A program made the position numbers and the translations under genes. Under the pieces are notes generated by a model that was not told the DNA's origin, did not search any database, and worked only from the letters and a program-made list of their open reading frames with translations. From Felis catus (taxonomy: Eukaryota), in the NCBI RefSeq assembly GCF_018350175.1, contig NC_058368.1, positions 81,532,001 to 81,596,000 of the forward strand: DNA of 64,000 bases, read 5' to 3'. This document shows positions 23,204-36,300 of this stretch, piece after piece; position 1 is the stretch's first letter, and the number at the start of each line of letters is the position of its first letter.

Positions 23204-26200
23204 CGTCTACTGAAATGATCAGTTGGTTTTTCTTTATTCTGTTCATATGGCGAATTACATGTCTTGATTTCTGAGTGTTGAACCAGGCCTGTATTTCTGA
23301 GATAAACCCGTGATACAGTTTCCTTTTTTATATCCTTTGGATTCAATTTGCCAAAATTTAGTTAAGAATTTTCTCATTTATGTTCATGAATGATGTTGGC
23401 CTATAGTTTTTTCTATTCGACGCTTTTGTCTAGCTTTGGTCTCAAGGTACTAATGGCCTCACAGAATGAATTGGGAAGTACTCCCTTTCCTTCGGTTTTC
23501 TAGATCTGTCTGTATGAAATAAATATTACTTCTACATAAAATGTCCGAAAGGATTTACCAATGAAGACATTAGGTCCTGTAATTTCTTTGTGGGAAGGTT
23601 TTTAAGTACGCATTTTATTTCTTCTGTAGATAAAGGGCTGTTTAGTGTATCTGTATGTTCTTTGGTGAGCTTTGGTGGTTTGTGTCGATGAATTTTCCCA
23701 TTTCATCTAAATAGCGGTCTCTCAACGCCCTTTTTAATGTCTGCAGGAACCATGGGGCTGTCATCTCTCTCGCTCTTGATATCAGTAATTTGTGCCTTTT
23801 TTTAAATCCCTGGTGGTCTGATCAGTAGTTTATTAATCTTATTAATCTGTCCAGAGAACCAGGCTTTTGGTTTCATTTTTCCATGTTGTTTTTCTATTTT
23901 TTTATCATAGTGATTTTTTCTTTTAATTTTCTTTTTTTTCACTGCGTATTTTGAGGTTTTTCTCTCCTTTTTTAATGACTTGTTAATGTGAATACTTAGG
24001 TCATAGACTTGAGGCTAACTCTTTTTTTATTGTGAACGTTTAGTTCCTTTTAATTCTACTTTAATCCCGCCCTACAAATTTCAATATGCTGTGTTTTTAT
24101 TTTTGTCCGTTCAAAATGCCTTATAACTCACCTTTTAAATCTGTTCTTTGACCTGTGGGCCATTTAGAAATGTGCCATTTCATTTTCAAATATTTGGAGA
24201 CTTTTCCAACACCATTGTGTTACCGATTTATGATTTATTTCTGTTTTGGTCAGAAACACACAGTGTATGACTTAGATCTTTTTAACGCATTTTTAAAAAC
24301 TTTAAATATGGCCCAGAATACAGCGTTCTTTAGCAAGTACTCCCATGTGTGCCTGAAAAGAACGTGTACATGTTGTTGATTTGTGGAGTCACAACAATTA
24401 TAAATGTCAATTAGATCAAGTAGCTGAACTACCTTGTTCAGGTCTCCTACACCCTTGAGTTCCTGTCTCCCCACTTACTCGACTATTAAGAGAGCAGAAT
24501 TTAAGTCTCAGACGATCACCGTGGATGTGCTCACCGTGCCTTTCGGCTCTACCAGTGTTCATTTCACGCCCTTCGAAGCTCTTTCATTGCACTTCATCCG
24601 TATGCATAAAAATGTGGAATTGTTCTATCTTCTGGATGAATTACTGCTTTAACAGTAAGAAATGACCCTCTTTATTCCTGGCGATATTCTCTGTTTTTGT
24701 CTAATATTTAAATAGCCACTCTAGCTTTCTTTTGATCAGTGTTCGCATGGCTGATCTTTTTATTTTATTTTTTACCTCCTTGTGCTTTATATTTAAGGTG
24801 GGATTTTGTAGACAGTGCATAGCTGGGTCTTGTGTTTTTATGTAAATTGACACTCTGTGCTTCTTGAACATTTTCGATATGGTGTTACAATAAATTTTGA
24901 TATTCTTGCCCTCTAATTCTACCTATAGAGTCATTTCTGGGCCAGCTTTGATTGGTTGACTCTGGTCATTATAGGTCATATTTCATTGGTTATTCTCATA
25001 TCTGCTCATTCTTGTTTGGATGCCAAGTATGAATCTCACTTTGTTGGATGTTGGATATTCTATTTTTAAAAAATATTAGCAAGCCTTGCTCTTGAACCCA
25101 CTTAAATAACTTTGAGGTTCACTTTTAAGCTTTGTTAAGACCAAGCAGCCCTTACCCCAAAGGCTAATATTCCCCGATACCGAGGCAGTAAAACTCAGAG
25201 CACTCTACCCGATGTCTGTGTATAATGAGGCTCTTTACGTTTACCAGCGAAGACGCCAACTTTTTCTGGCCTGTGTGAGCTCTGGAGATTGTTCTGCCAC
25301 CTTTTTGGGTGGCTCTTGTTCCACGCTAAGGCTTCCTGTGGCTTCTCACTGACCCTTACTCAGCTGGAGACAGGGCCACCCTCTGCAGTGTCCGAGTTCC
25401 CTCGCCTCTGCTGCTCTGGCCTCCCCAGCCCCGTCCCCTCCTGGTGACACCACAGGGCTCTGCCTATGTCCTCCCTCATCACACAGGACCAGAAACACTC
25501 CAGGCAGGAACCAGAGGCTCATGGGAGCCCCTTGGCAGTCCCTCCTCAGGGGTCACTGTCCCTTGTTGCCCATTGTCTGATGAATGGGAAGTCATTGTTT
25601 CATATAATTTTTCTAGTTTTTTTTTGTTAAATTGGGAGGACAAATCTGGTCCTTGTTACTCCCATCTTTTCCAGGCGTGAAAGTTCAAATAGCAGGCTGT
25701 CACATATAGGAAAAGCCGTGCATTTCAACTCTGGTCAAAGCTTCAGGGTGGCCTAGAAGGAGCAGAAGCCAGGGGGCCTGCCTCCCAGGTGCTTTCCCAG
25801 CTGGACCACGTGCCACCCCAGTGACCTCAATGCTTTGTGTCCCTGGGGTCTCATCCACACCTGGAAAGTAAACATTTCCCACAAGCCTCATCAGTGCATT
25901 GATGTTCAGGTGGAACCACACCTACACAGTCCGTGTAAATGTCGCCATGGCACGTGGAGTCCTAACTAAAGATCGTAGTTCAGAAATGAGCATTTTGAGA
26001 TGCGCATTTTATACTTATTAATGAATTATGTGTTTCCCTAAAATTCATCAGTCTGAATTTCCACCAAAATTTCCTAAGCAATTTCCTCTAAAAAACATAA
26101 ATGTGGTTTTAAATATTGAGTGAGAGTATGATGTTGGCAACAATCTCTGTCACCAGAAGGACACAGAGGCGGATGGCAATTGTGGCCTCCAGGAGGAAGC

Positions 26201-26360
26201 TAGAAACGAGGCACCAACTATTGGAAATGGCCTTACTTTCCACAGTTCTTTTTATTTTTTTCAGATTTTCAAATTCTACCATGGGCTTATAATACTTATA
26301 AAAATATGAATTTGTTACCTTAAAATAACTTTGAGGAATGTTTTAAAAGCCAGAAGCACT

Positions 26361-26574
26361 GGGGCGCCTGCATGGCTCAGTCAGTTGGGCGTCTGACTTC
26401 AGCTCAGGTCATGATCTCACAGTTCGTGGGTTCAAGCCCTGTGTCGGGCTCTGTGCTGACAGCTCGGAGCCTGGAGCCTGCTTCCCATTCTGTGTCTCCC
26501 TCTCTCTCTGCCCCTCCCCTGCTCATACTCTGTCTCTCTCTCTCTCTCAAAAATAAATAAACATTAAAAAAAAA
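26361..26574 (+). mobile_element. Can-SINE (feliform type)
   Basis: Full length; TSD aaaagccagaagcac. Confidence 0.97.
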
Positions 26575-27489
26575 GCCAGAAGCACCTTGAAGGATCTGCC
26601 GAGAACCTCTCTCTCTTGTTGTTGGAACAGCCAGCCCCTCTGTGTGCTATCCAGAACGTCCAAAAATGCCCCATGACCCAAAGCACCACTCCTGACCTCT
26701 GGAATGTGCCTGGACTTCGGGCTCTGTTCCAGCCTGCGTGCCGCACGGGACACGGATAATTTTATGCCCTAATCAGTGATTCGCGGCTGGCCTTCGCTGT
26801 AACAAAAGATTCGTCCTCTTGCTCGGTGAATACCTGCTGAGCATGGGCTGGGAGGCTCCAAGCGAATGAGGGGCTGCGCTTTTATAAGCCCCACAGAGCA
26901 GCCGGCCACCAGGCAGCACCCGCGTGGTGGATAGATGTGCTGGCTTGAACGTTTTCCTTGCGTCTTCCTGCTGCACTCAAGTGGAGTTTCGGGGAACCTT
27001 CAGGATGGCAGTGTCCTTGTTATGCTTGGAGAGCCGGGCAGCCAGGAAGGAGAAGGGGGAGAGCGCCCCGGGCGGTGGCAAAGGCCACACCCCCAGGGAA
27101 GGGAGCCTCGTGGGTCGTGTGGGCCTCTCCCCACCGACCCGTGCCATGAACCCACACTCTGCCCTCTCCGCAGCGGTGAGATGGGCCCCGCGATTCTGGG
27201 GTAAGGGCGGTTCCGGGATGGGGCGTGAGATGTCATAAAATACACGTCATAGGGACCGGGAGCATCACCTGAAGGACGCAGGCTGGGGCGTCAGCATGAG
27301 GAGGAAGCCGCAGGGCGGTGTCCGTGACCGCCCGGGGCCGCACAGGCCGCAGGTCTGGCTTGGGGGCAGGCCGCCCTCACCTGCGAACTGGTGTCCCCAG
27401 AGTTGTCGTTCTGAGGCTGAAAAGGTGTTTGGAATCGTGACTTAACCCTTGACCAAATCCTGATCATCGTACTTATTTTTTCCCCACAG

Positions 27490-27567
27490 GAAAGAATTTT
27501 AAAAATGATCAATATAAAAAAACATCAGTTCTGGACAAAATCCTTCAAAACATTGGAAAATCTTCAG
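27490..27567 (+). CDS. SPACA7: SPACA7 coding exon 6: xKNFKNDQYKKTSVLDKILQNIGKSS
   Basis: Acceptor tttttccccacag, donor CAG|gtaagt, 78 nt, phase 1-1. Matches recalled human [25 protein letters not shown]. Confidence 0.93.
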
Positions 27568-29623
27568 GTAAGTGGAATAATAGATAAGTAGGTCCTTGTG
27601 CTGGGATGCCACCCCCGCCGTGGAGAGAAGTAAACTGCTCCAGGGGACAGCTCTCTGGAGGGGCGGGTGACTCTCTGGGGGTCCCTGGGCAGATCGGGTT
27701 TCCTGTGTTTTCAGTGCGGGACTCCTGGCCCATTGAGTCCAAATTCCATGAGTCCTGGGCCACGTGTGGGTGTCCCCTCCCTTCTCAGCTGTCCCTGGGA
27801 CCTGTGGGCCCACCACCACATACCACAGGACCAGGCCCACAAGGTCCCCAAGCCTCCCACCTGGGGAGTCCCACACCTTTGAGCGCCCCCGCCCTCCGCC
27901 CTCCCGCTCCTCCCACCCCTGCCCTTTCAGACAACTTCCTAATCGCTGAAGTTGGTCCACGAATTTCCCCTGGTGGCTTCTGCCCCGGCCCCATGCTTCT
28001 TTCTGGAACTTTCCAGAACACTCCTGAGCCTCTTCTCCAGGCCAGTCCTCCTCCTGGCCTCCCAGCCTCTCCCAGGTAGACTCTGTAGTCCCGTAGACGG
28101 TTCGAATCAGCACCTCCTGCGTTCTTTCTACCACACACCGGTCCACACACCCTGAGACCACCAGGTTTGGGGGCACATCACGCCCACGTTTCAAGCTAGT
28201 GTTAGCGAAGACTTCCGGGGGTTTGTAAACGGGCCTCGGTGCAGCCCCATTAGTTGGGTCCTCGTAGAGCCAAGTGCAGGACCAAACACTTACACCTGGC
28301 CACCTTCATTCGCCTCCATCAGTGCTCACTGGGCACCTACCACGGGCCCACACCCTTCCCAGTTCTGGGGACTGAGCACCATGGGCACGGACCCCTGCCC
28401 TCGAGGTGCCCACATTCCAGGGGAAGGTTAGATCTCCCTCTGCTCCAGCCTGCTGGGACACTTCTGGGTCCGGCGTCTTGCGGTCATCCGCTCCTTCAAA
28501 CCTCCCCGCCCCCCCCACCCGCCCCCTGTCATCGTCTTTCGGCCAGCCTGCTATCTTGTCCTTTGTTTAAATGCCCAGCAGGGTGGAGCCACAGACGGGT
28601 CACTAGAGGCCTCGCATTGTGTGACTGGTCACCAAGCAGCCAGGAGCCACTCTGTGCGGGGCCAGAGCCAGCCCTGGGACCCCGAAATTGCAGGCCCCCC
28701 ACGGTCTGCACCTCCCCTCAGTGGGACAGCCCAGTGCAGTCGGGGGTTGAAAGGGGGGTGAGCGGTGCCCTGCCCGCCACAAACTTACCGACCGGTACTG
28801 ACATCCAGCCACTTTCTGCTGCTTTAGTCAGATGTCAGGGAGTCTTTGCCAAATCCCCAGTCCCCGGGCCCTGAGAGTTCTGTCGTTGAAAACAGGAACA
28901 TCCCTATGGCTCTAGTGTCTGAGGCAGGACCTTTCCACGTTGCACGTCCTGCACGTTGGCCCTGGGCCTGCCTGTCTGGGGGATGGGTGGCGGGCACTCC
29001 TCTGGTGCCAGGGCTGGGGGCCCAGCAGTGCATACACGGGAGGGACCGAGGTCCTTGACCTCCCAGGGCCTGACATCACAGGACTGTGTCCACAGGGGGT
29101 GCCCCCGAAGGGAGGGGATACCCCCAGCCCAGCCCAGTAGTGTTCAGAGGGGCCCCCACTTGGTTTGGAGGCAGAAGGCCGTGGCAGTGAGGCATTAAAG
29201 GGTGCGGCCTGGCCCCCACTCGGTCCTCCCTCTGTGACCACCTCCCCGTGGCTCCTCCCTTCTCTGCGTCCTGGCCTGGGCTCCCCAAGATCCTGCCAGG
29301 GCTCTCCCCACCTGGCCCACTGCCACCCTCACCCAAACCCACACCTTCCCCCTCTCCCTCCTGCAAACAGTGCCTCCGAGTTTGCCCTGACCTCTTGGGG
29401 CTTTGGCCTGCACCCTTGCAAGCCCGTTTCCCCCCACCCAGGACTCTCTCTTCCTGCGGTTCCTTCCAGCCCCACAGCACCTGTGACTGCTGCCCACAGA
29501 CTGGGGACACTGGAGGCTGGCTTCACGCCTGTAGTCCTGCACCAGTGGGACAGCCCAGGAGGGTCCAAGCCACAGGATGAGCAGGGCGCCTAGGATTTCT
29601 CAAGAAACTCTCTCTCCAAACAG

Positions 29624-29640
29624 GGAGCTCTTCCCAGTAA
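29624..29640 (+). CDS. SPACA7: SPACA7 last coding exon: (G)SSSQ*, followed by a 3'UTR to about 29790
   Basis: Acceptor ctctctctccaaacag, in-frame TAA at 29638-29640, AATAAA ~125 bp downstream; about 174 aa in total with the 72-nt exon 5. Confidence 0.7.
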
Positions 29641-29763
29641 GTGGAAGAGGAGGGTGAAGCTCCGAAGAGATGCAGAGGACGGTCAGCAAGGCCACCCGCC
29701 CCGAGGGAGCCCCCTAAGCAGGAAACTCCAGACTTCGTGAGACCCCACAGCCCCACCCTCAGG

Positions 29764-29769
29764 AATAAA
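29764..29769 (+). terminator. SPACA7: SPACA7 polyadenylation signal AATAAA
   Basis: Canonical hexamer followed by GT/T-rich downstream sequence. Confidence 0.7.
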
Positions 29770-31763
29770 GAGCATATATGTGCACATACTGTTAACCACG
29801 CTGTGTGAGGAAGTGTGTTTTATTCATGAGTCCCAAGTAGAGCTTATTTGTTTAAATGTTAAGGTGGAGGGTATGTGGGTTTCCTTTTGTTTTTTTAATA
29901 AACAGAAATTACTGAGTCTGAGAAAGGAAAGGTTTGAGAGGTTCCTGTTTTCTAACAGGATAAGGCTTGAGGACGCTTAGCTTCTGAGGGTTGTGTCCAT
30001 GAAGAACCAGAGTCACCTGCTGCCCCCCTCCCATGGCAGCGCCCTGCAGAGTGCACACACGTGTACACAAAACACACACGGAACTTCTCCGCATCGGAAT
30101 GTGTACCGAGCACGGGAACACGCAGGTTGGGTCCCTGTGGTGCAGACGGTGAGCGTGAGCTCCAGGGGGCGTCTGACCAACCTACAGCATGTTCGGGGCT
30201 GACCAGAACATTTCTCTGAGCAGGTTTTCTTACCCAGACCCACTCTGACTATGGACAGGTTACGCCTCTGCTTGATCCATGGGGTGAGGCTGGGAAATGT
30301 TACTCGGGACAGGGTGTAGCTGCCTCCTTTTTCTAAATGGGCAAGTCAGTGGACATTCATGAATCAGGTCCTAAAACAGCCCTGGAGAGAGAACTTCTGC
30401 CTTGAGGCTGTGTTGGCAATGGACTGGTGTTTGTTCTAGAACACACACCCTTCTTATTGGTGGTTGCCGGCTGCCCACACTTCTCCAGTGAAACAAAAGT
30501 CCTCTCTTCTCTTTCCCCGACATCATCAAGTCGGTGGTAGTGTGGAGGCCCAGGGCATTGGGACCAGAAGATCGAGGCTTTCAGCCCATCCTGTGATCCT
30601 AGCTGAGGACCCCAGGCAGAGAGGGGACACGGGACTCCCTCATCACCAAGTGAGTTGGTGGCAGAGCAGGACGCAGACACCCCTTTCCTACTTCGGCCCC
30701 TCCATCAGTAAACGGGTATCTCGGGGTTGGGGTTTGTTTTTGCATACAGTTCTAGTTTTTCTGTCTTGTCACCTCCACTTGTCTCCACTCAGAGGTATTA
30801 GGTGGCCTTCTCATCGCCACACCATCACAGGGTCCCTGGTGGAGCCAGTCCCGGCGGGCTCTCCCTGCCAGGCATGCCGATAGCATCCTTGGTCCCAAGC
30901 AGGACCTTGCAGTGTTTATCCCCGGGGTGCTTTGACAGAGCAGGACTGACCTCGATAAGATAAAATGTAAAAACATCATCGACCAGGTCCCCCCACCCCC
31001 TCCTTCACTCTCACGGGATCCCTGAGTACGGTGATTTTCAAAGCTGAAAATTTAATGAGTTAATAGTCTGCGCACATCAGAACGTCTCCTCTCGGTGGTG
31101 GCTCCCGCATGTCCAGACCCTGCGTGCTGCAGGGGATAGACGGTTGCTGAGAGCAGCTGACAACTACATTTATGGACAAGAACACAAACATTAGCATTAC
31201 TAACAAACATCAGGTGATCCACTAAGTCTGAGCTGGAGGGAGTCTCCCACTGGGTCCGGAGTCGAGCTGGGTGAGAGCTCCACGGAGAAGACGTGGACGT
31301 GACCCTCTGGAGGCAGGAAGCACATGGGCATGGGTACTGCCACCCGGGGCACAGAGTGATCCCCTGTGATGTGTTTTGGGTTGGAAAAAGCTTAAAAATA
31401 CTGATTTGCTCTATGATTTCCATTTCGGAAATTGACCGAGGCCTGCTTCATGGCCAAACATGGACGGTTCTGATGACTGCTCCCCCTGGAAGTCGGGAGG
31501 AATGGGTATTCTGCAGGTGCTGGGCTCAGGGTCCTATAGACTCATCAACTGTCTGTTTCTACGGGACATGCATTTGAGTCCCCCACGATGATTGTGAGGG
31601 ACTCACCCTCTTACGGGGCTGTCAGTTTTTCTTTATATATTTCAAAGCTATGTTATCAAGTTCATAAAGGCTAAATTATTATATTTTTCTGGTGGACTGA
31701 AGCCTTAGTTGGGTGACACGTTTCTCTTTAACTGTGTATTTCTTCTTGCCTTGAATCTACTCT

Positions 31764-31895
31764 GGGGGCGCCTGGGTGGCTCATTCAGTTAAGTGTCTGA
31801 CTCTCAATCTCAGCTCAGGTCTTGATCTCAGGGTCGTGAATTCGAGCCCCGTGCTGGGCTCCATGCATGTGCATGGAGCTTGCTTAAAAAAAAAA
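31764..31895 (+). mobile_element. Can-SINE (short, older form)
   Basis: Head and A tail with no CT tract; outer TSD aatcta(c/t)tctg. Confidence 0.93.
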
Positions 31896-31899
31896 TCTA

Positions 31900-32115
31900 G
31901 GGGCGCCTGGGTGGCGCAGTCGGTTAGGCGTCCGACTTCAGCCAGGTCACGATCTCGCGGTCCGTGAGTTCGAGCCCCACGTCAGGCTCTGGGCTGATGG
32001 CTCGGAGCCTGGAGCCTGTTTCCGATTCTGTGTCTCCCTCTCTCTCTGCCCCTCCCTCGTTCATGCTCTGTCTCTCTCTGTCCCAAAAATAAATAAAAAA
32101 AAAATTAAAAAAAAA
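31900..32115 (+). mobile_element. Young felid Can-SINE (SINEC_Fc-like)
   Basis: CpG-rich head ggggcgcctgggtggcgcagtcggtt…cagccaggtcacgatctcgcggtccgtgag; TSD aaaaaaaaatcta. Confidence 0.96.
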
Positions 32116-32514
32116 TCTATTCTGTTTGATATTAATAGACATAACCACACTAATTTTCTTTTGGCTAACGTTCTCATGGTATATCATCTTTCATCTGGCA
32201 ACCTTCACCTTTTCTGTGCATTGTATTTCATGTATATATTTTAGGCACTAAATATAAGGATGTATTTTTTGAAATTCCTTCTTTTTGCTTTTTAATTACT
32301 TAATCCACGTACATGGAATGTATCTAGTGATATATATAGCCGGGTTTATATCTACTGTCTTACTATTTGTTTTCTTTTGTCTCCCTTGCCTATGTTTTCT
32401 CCCTCATTACCTTATTTAAGTCACTCAAGTATTTTTTTGTTCCATTTTCCCCTTTATTATGTATTCTTTTAATATTTAACAGCCTTGTTAGAAATTACAA
32501 TATGCACCTTAGAC

Positions 32515-32564
32515 TTTTTTTTAGTCTTTATTCATTTGTGAGAGAGTTGTGTGAGCTGGGGAGG

Positions 32565-32604
<40 letters not shown>

Positions 32605-32730
32605 CTCAAGCAGGCTCCACACTGTCAATGTAGACCCCGACTCGGGGCTCGAACTCATGAACCATGAGATCGTGACCTGAGCTGAAATCAAGAGTCGGAC
32701 GCTCAACCACCTGAGCCCCCCAGGTGCCCC
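32515..32730 (-). mobile_element. Can-SINE
   Basis: Poly-T, (GA)n and reverse-complement head. Confidence 0.95.
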
Positions 32731-33088
32731 TACATCCTAGACTTATTATAATTGAAAATAAATTAGCGCTTTTACTACTTCCTGAGAAAGGCAAGGACAG
32801 GAGGCTATTTAACCCCATTAACAACCATCTTTTGTATTATATTCATCATGAATTTTTTACAAATGTCCTAAACACCACAGAACATTATAGTTAGTTTTAT
32901 ACAGTTAATATTCATTTAAGTTTACCCATATATGTACCCTTCCTTCTGCCCTTTATTCTGTAGTGCATTTTTAATGCTTCCAACCGACAATACATTCCTA
33001 TGACTAAAGAATTCCTTGTAGCATTTTAGTGTGGCTCTTCTGGGTATGTTATCAGGCTTGTATTTGTCTGAAAATATCCATATCTCCG

Positions 33089-33318
33089 TTTTCTTTTTTT
33101 TTTTTAATTTTTTTTTTCAACGTTTATTTATTTTTGGGACAGAGAGAAACAGAGCATGAACGGGGGAGGGGCAGAGAGAGAGGGAGACACAGAATCGGAA
33201 ACAGGCTCCAGGCTCCGAGCCATCAGCCCAGAGCCTGACGCGGGGCTTGAACTCACGGACCACGAGATCGTGACCTGGCTGGTCAGACGCTTAACCGACT
33301 GCGCCACCCAGGCACCCC
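33089..33318 (-). mobile_element. Young felid Can-SINE (SINEC_Fc-like)
   Basis: Same subfamily as 31900-32115; TSD catatctcc(g/a)ttttc. Confidence 0.96.
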
Positions 33319-36300
33319 CATATCTCCATTTTCAAGGAATATTTTTACTAAATACATAGAATTCTGAGTTAGCAAGTTATTTTCTTTCAGTGTGTCCATT
33401 GTCTTCTGCCTTCCATAGTTTCCACCGAGAAGTCTGCTGTCTTCCTCTGTGTTCTCGTTGCTCCTTTGATGGTTAAGGCTCCTTTCCTCCTCTGGCATTT
33501 TAAATACTTTCTCTTGTCTGTTGATCTCGGCAGATTTACAGCGATGTGCCTGGATGTTGTCCACTGCACTTATCGTGCCCGGATCCAGCTTTTAGTGATG
33601 TTTGAGTCTATGGCTTCGTTTCTTTTGTGAGTTTTGAAAAATTCTAATCTGTCTCTTCAAATATCAATTCTGAATGATTTCTCTCTTCCCCCTTCTCCAG
33701 TTGTACATATTAGATATTATTATGTCCCATATGTTTCTTATCATTCTTTTTATTTTCCATGCTTTGTTTTGTTTTGCTTTTATCCAAATGTTTTCTACTG
33801 ACCTATTTCCAGATAACTTACTTTCCTCTGCTGTGGCTACTCATCTACTTTGTACCAAATGTCCATCAATGTGTTTTTAAACCTAGAATTTCCATATGAG
33901 TCTATCTTATGGATTCTACTTCTCTGTGAAGCTTGCCATCTTTTTTGTTGAATTAGATTAGTCATAGTGATTTTTTATCTGTATTCAACAACTCCACTAT
34001 CGAAGTTATTACAAGGAGTCTATTTCTGTTGCCTCGACTCTTGGTATGACTGGTGCTTACTGATTGAATGCTGGACGTTGTGTTGTGAAATACTGCAGAG
34101 ACTCTGGAGGGCCTTCGTCTAGCTCTGGCATCTAGTTAGAATAAGAACTGATCATCTCGAGTCGTTGTAACACCAGGTTTCAGTCTTTGTAATATCTGGT
34201 CTATTTCCAGTTTCTCTTACTCTTCATTTCTACAGGAGTTTTGATTTAAATCTGAGAGAATTTATAGGACCTTGAGTTTTATTTTTATTTCATGCTATGA
34301 GGCTGCATAAAAGTTCTCCTTGGGTGTTCAGCCTCTTGGCTATGACTTTCTGCTCACCTCATTTCTGAATGCATGGCTGGGAACTTAAAGAATGCTTTGA
34401 GGGACAAAGAGATCAGATGTGTAGACTCACTACACTTCACATGCCTTCTCTCTGGCACCCCAGTCCTAGCTACTTCAGAAGCCCTGAACTCACATTTTTT
34501 TTTATCCCCGGCCCTGGGAGATTACCAGGAGACTCTTAGTGCCTGATTTCTGCTCTGCTTGTCAGACTCTTTAACTATGATTATGTAAGAGTTGGCAAAT
34601 GCTTCACGGGGAAGATGGGTTTAGAATACAAAGCTCACATCAGTGAGTTGTCCTCTCTGGTGTCTTGACCCCAAGTTCTTGGTGTCTTTCCAATGTACAC
34701 AGATTTGAAATGGTGTCTCCAGTGGGATAATAGCTCCACTACCAACAAACCACCACTTCCAGAAGTGGACCTCTGAGAAACAGAGACTGTCCTGGGCAGT
34801 GAGGATAGAAAATGAAAGAAAAAATATTACAGGTAAAGATTTATAAGACTTGTTAATTTTTATATTTAGGAAAACAACACAAAGAAGTTCTCTCTCTCGC
34901 AACTTGTGGTCTTTCTGGCCTGAAAATAGTGCCGCTGGCTGTAATGAGGAAATACTTTGAGTTGTTTCCCAGAGTTGGGGAGGGGGTCCCCTGAATCATT
35001 CACTGTCCCCCTTCCCCATAGACCAGTCCATCCAAGAACTGCCCCCTCTCGACTTGGCATCGTGACTCCAGGGTTTCAAGTTGTGTATGTATCAGACGCC
35101 AAGTTAGATGCGTCTGCCTTTGCAACTGTGTGCGCCAACCTAAAGATGTGGAGAAAATTAAAGAAAATAGAGGAACAAAGAGGAGAGTCAAGAATCTATT
35201 TGAATTTGACACATAGGACATTTGTTGTTAACTAGCAGCATCCCCGTCGAACTATGGGGGAACTCGAGGAAGCAGGTGGGGAGTCTTTCTCTCCTGGTGC
35301 AAATACAAGTGCTTTCCCGGGTACATCCGATCAAAATGCAGTATCGAGGAATTTTACTCTTATTTGGGTATCTAGTCGGAAGAGTGTGGGAATAGATTCT
35401 AAATAAGGACCAAAAGAAATTGATCGAGAAGCCCAAGCTACAGAATGAACGACGCGTAGCTTACTAACAGGAGACCTAAGCCGTGAGCATGGACGAGAAG
35501 TTCCAGGTTGTGTGAAGGTACAATTATTTGTGATTCTAGCGCTCAGTTATAATGCCTCCTCACCAGCTGGGCCCTCGGCCAGCAGTTCTTTCTTGCACAC
35601 ACTCCTTCACCACGAATGTATCGAGCAGTTTCTTTCTACAGAGCTTGCCTTGCCGAGGTCGTGGGGACACCTGCTTCATCCGGGGCCTGAGCCTGTTCCT
35701 TTAGCTGTTCCATCCCAACTTGCTGTTGGGAGCAGATGCCCTCACCGCCGACTGTGTGGGTGCAGCACCCAGAGAGTGCCCAGTCCCTCTGTCTGCGACA
35801 AATTAACACTCGACCCTAAACCACATGCAGTTCAGGATAAGGCTGATCCCTGCTCTTGCTGTTTTGACTCGTGCTTGGTGGAGTCCAGCCCCGTGCGGTA
35901 CGACCCCTGCGGCTGTGCAGGGGGGGGTGGGGCGTAGCTGCAGGTGACCAGGACACTCTGCAAGCGCATTTCCCTTTGGGCCGCTCCACTGCATCCACGC
36001 CCCGCCCCAGGTGCAGAATCTCTGGGTGCTCTGCCTTCCTTGCAGGTGCCAGGAGGCCAGCTCTGTGCCTCAGACTCCGGTTCCTCAAAGTGACGTTCCT
36101 GGGTGAGCAGCGTCTACCCCTGGGGAACCTGTCAGAAGCAAAAGTGCTCGGATCTCGGCCTGCTCTGTCACTCCGGGAGATTCGGCACCTGTGCAGGGGG
36201 GACCGCTGCCTCGGGCTGTCATGTTTCTAGAACATCAACAGAGAGGAAATACAGTCGTACGCTTGCATCTGTGTCCAAGATCGTCCCCCCTCCTCCATGG

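Larger units (their letters stand above)
20885..25680 (-). mobile_element. Old L1 (L1M-type), 3'UTR through ORF2 to 5' fragments, interrupted by a SINE and a MER58
   Basis: T-rich plus strand; minus-strand peptide RYLCINLIRHMQSLYAEHYKTL…IKEDL-type ORF2 sequence, plus LDLIDIY (endonuclease region). Confidence 0.92.
31290..34790 (-). mobile_element. Old L1-type fragments (ORF1 and the start of ORF2) with four SINE insertions
   Basis: Minus-strand peptide RHIAVNL…DKRKYLK…TADFSVETMEGRRQW matches an L1 ORF1p motif. Confidence 0.85.
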
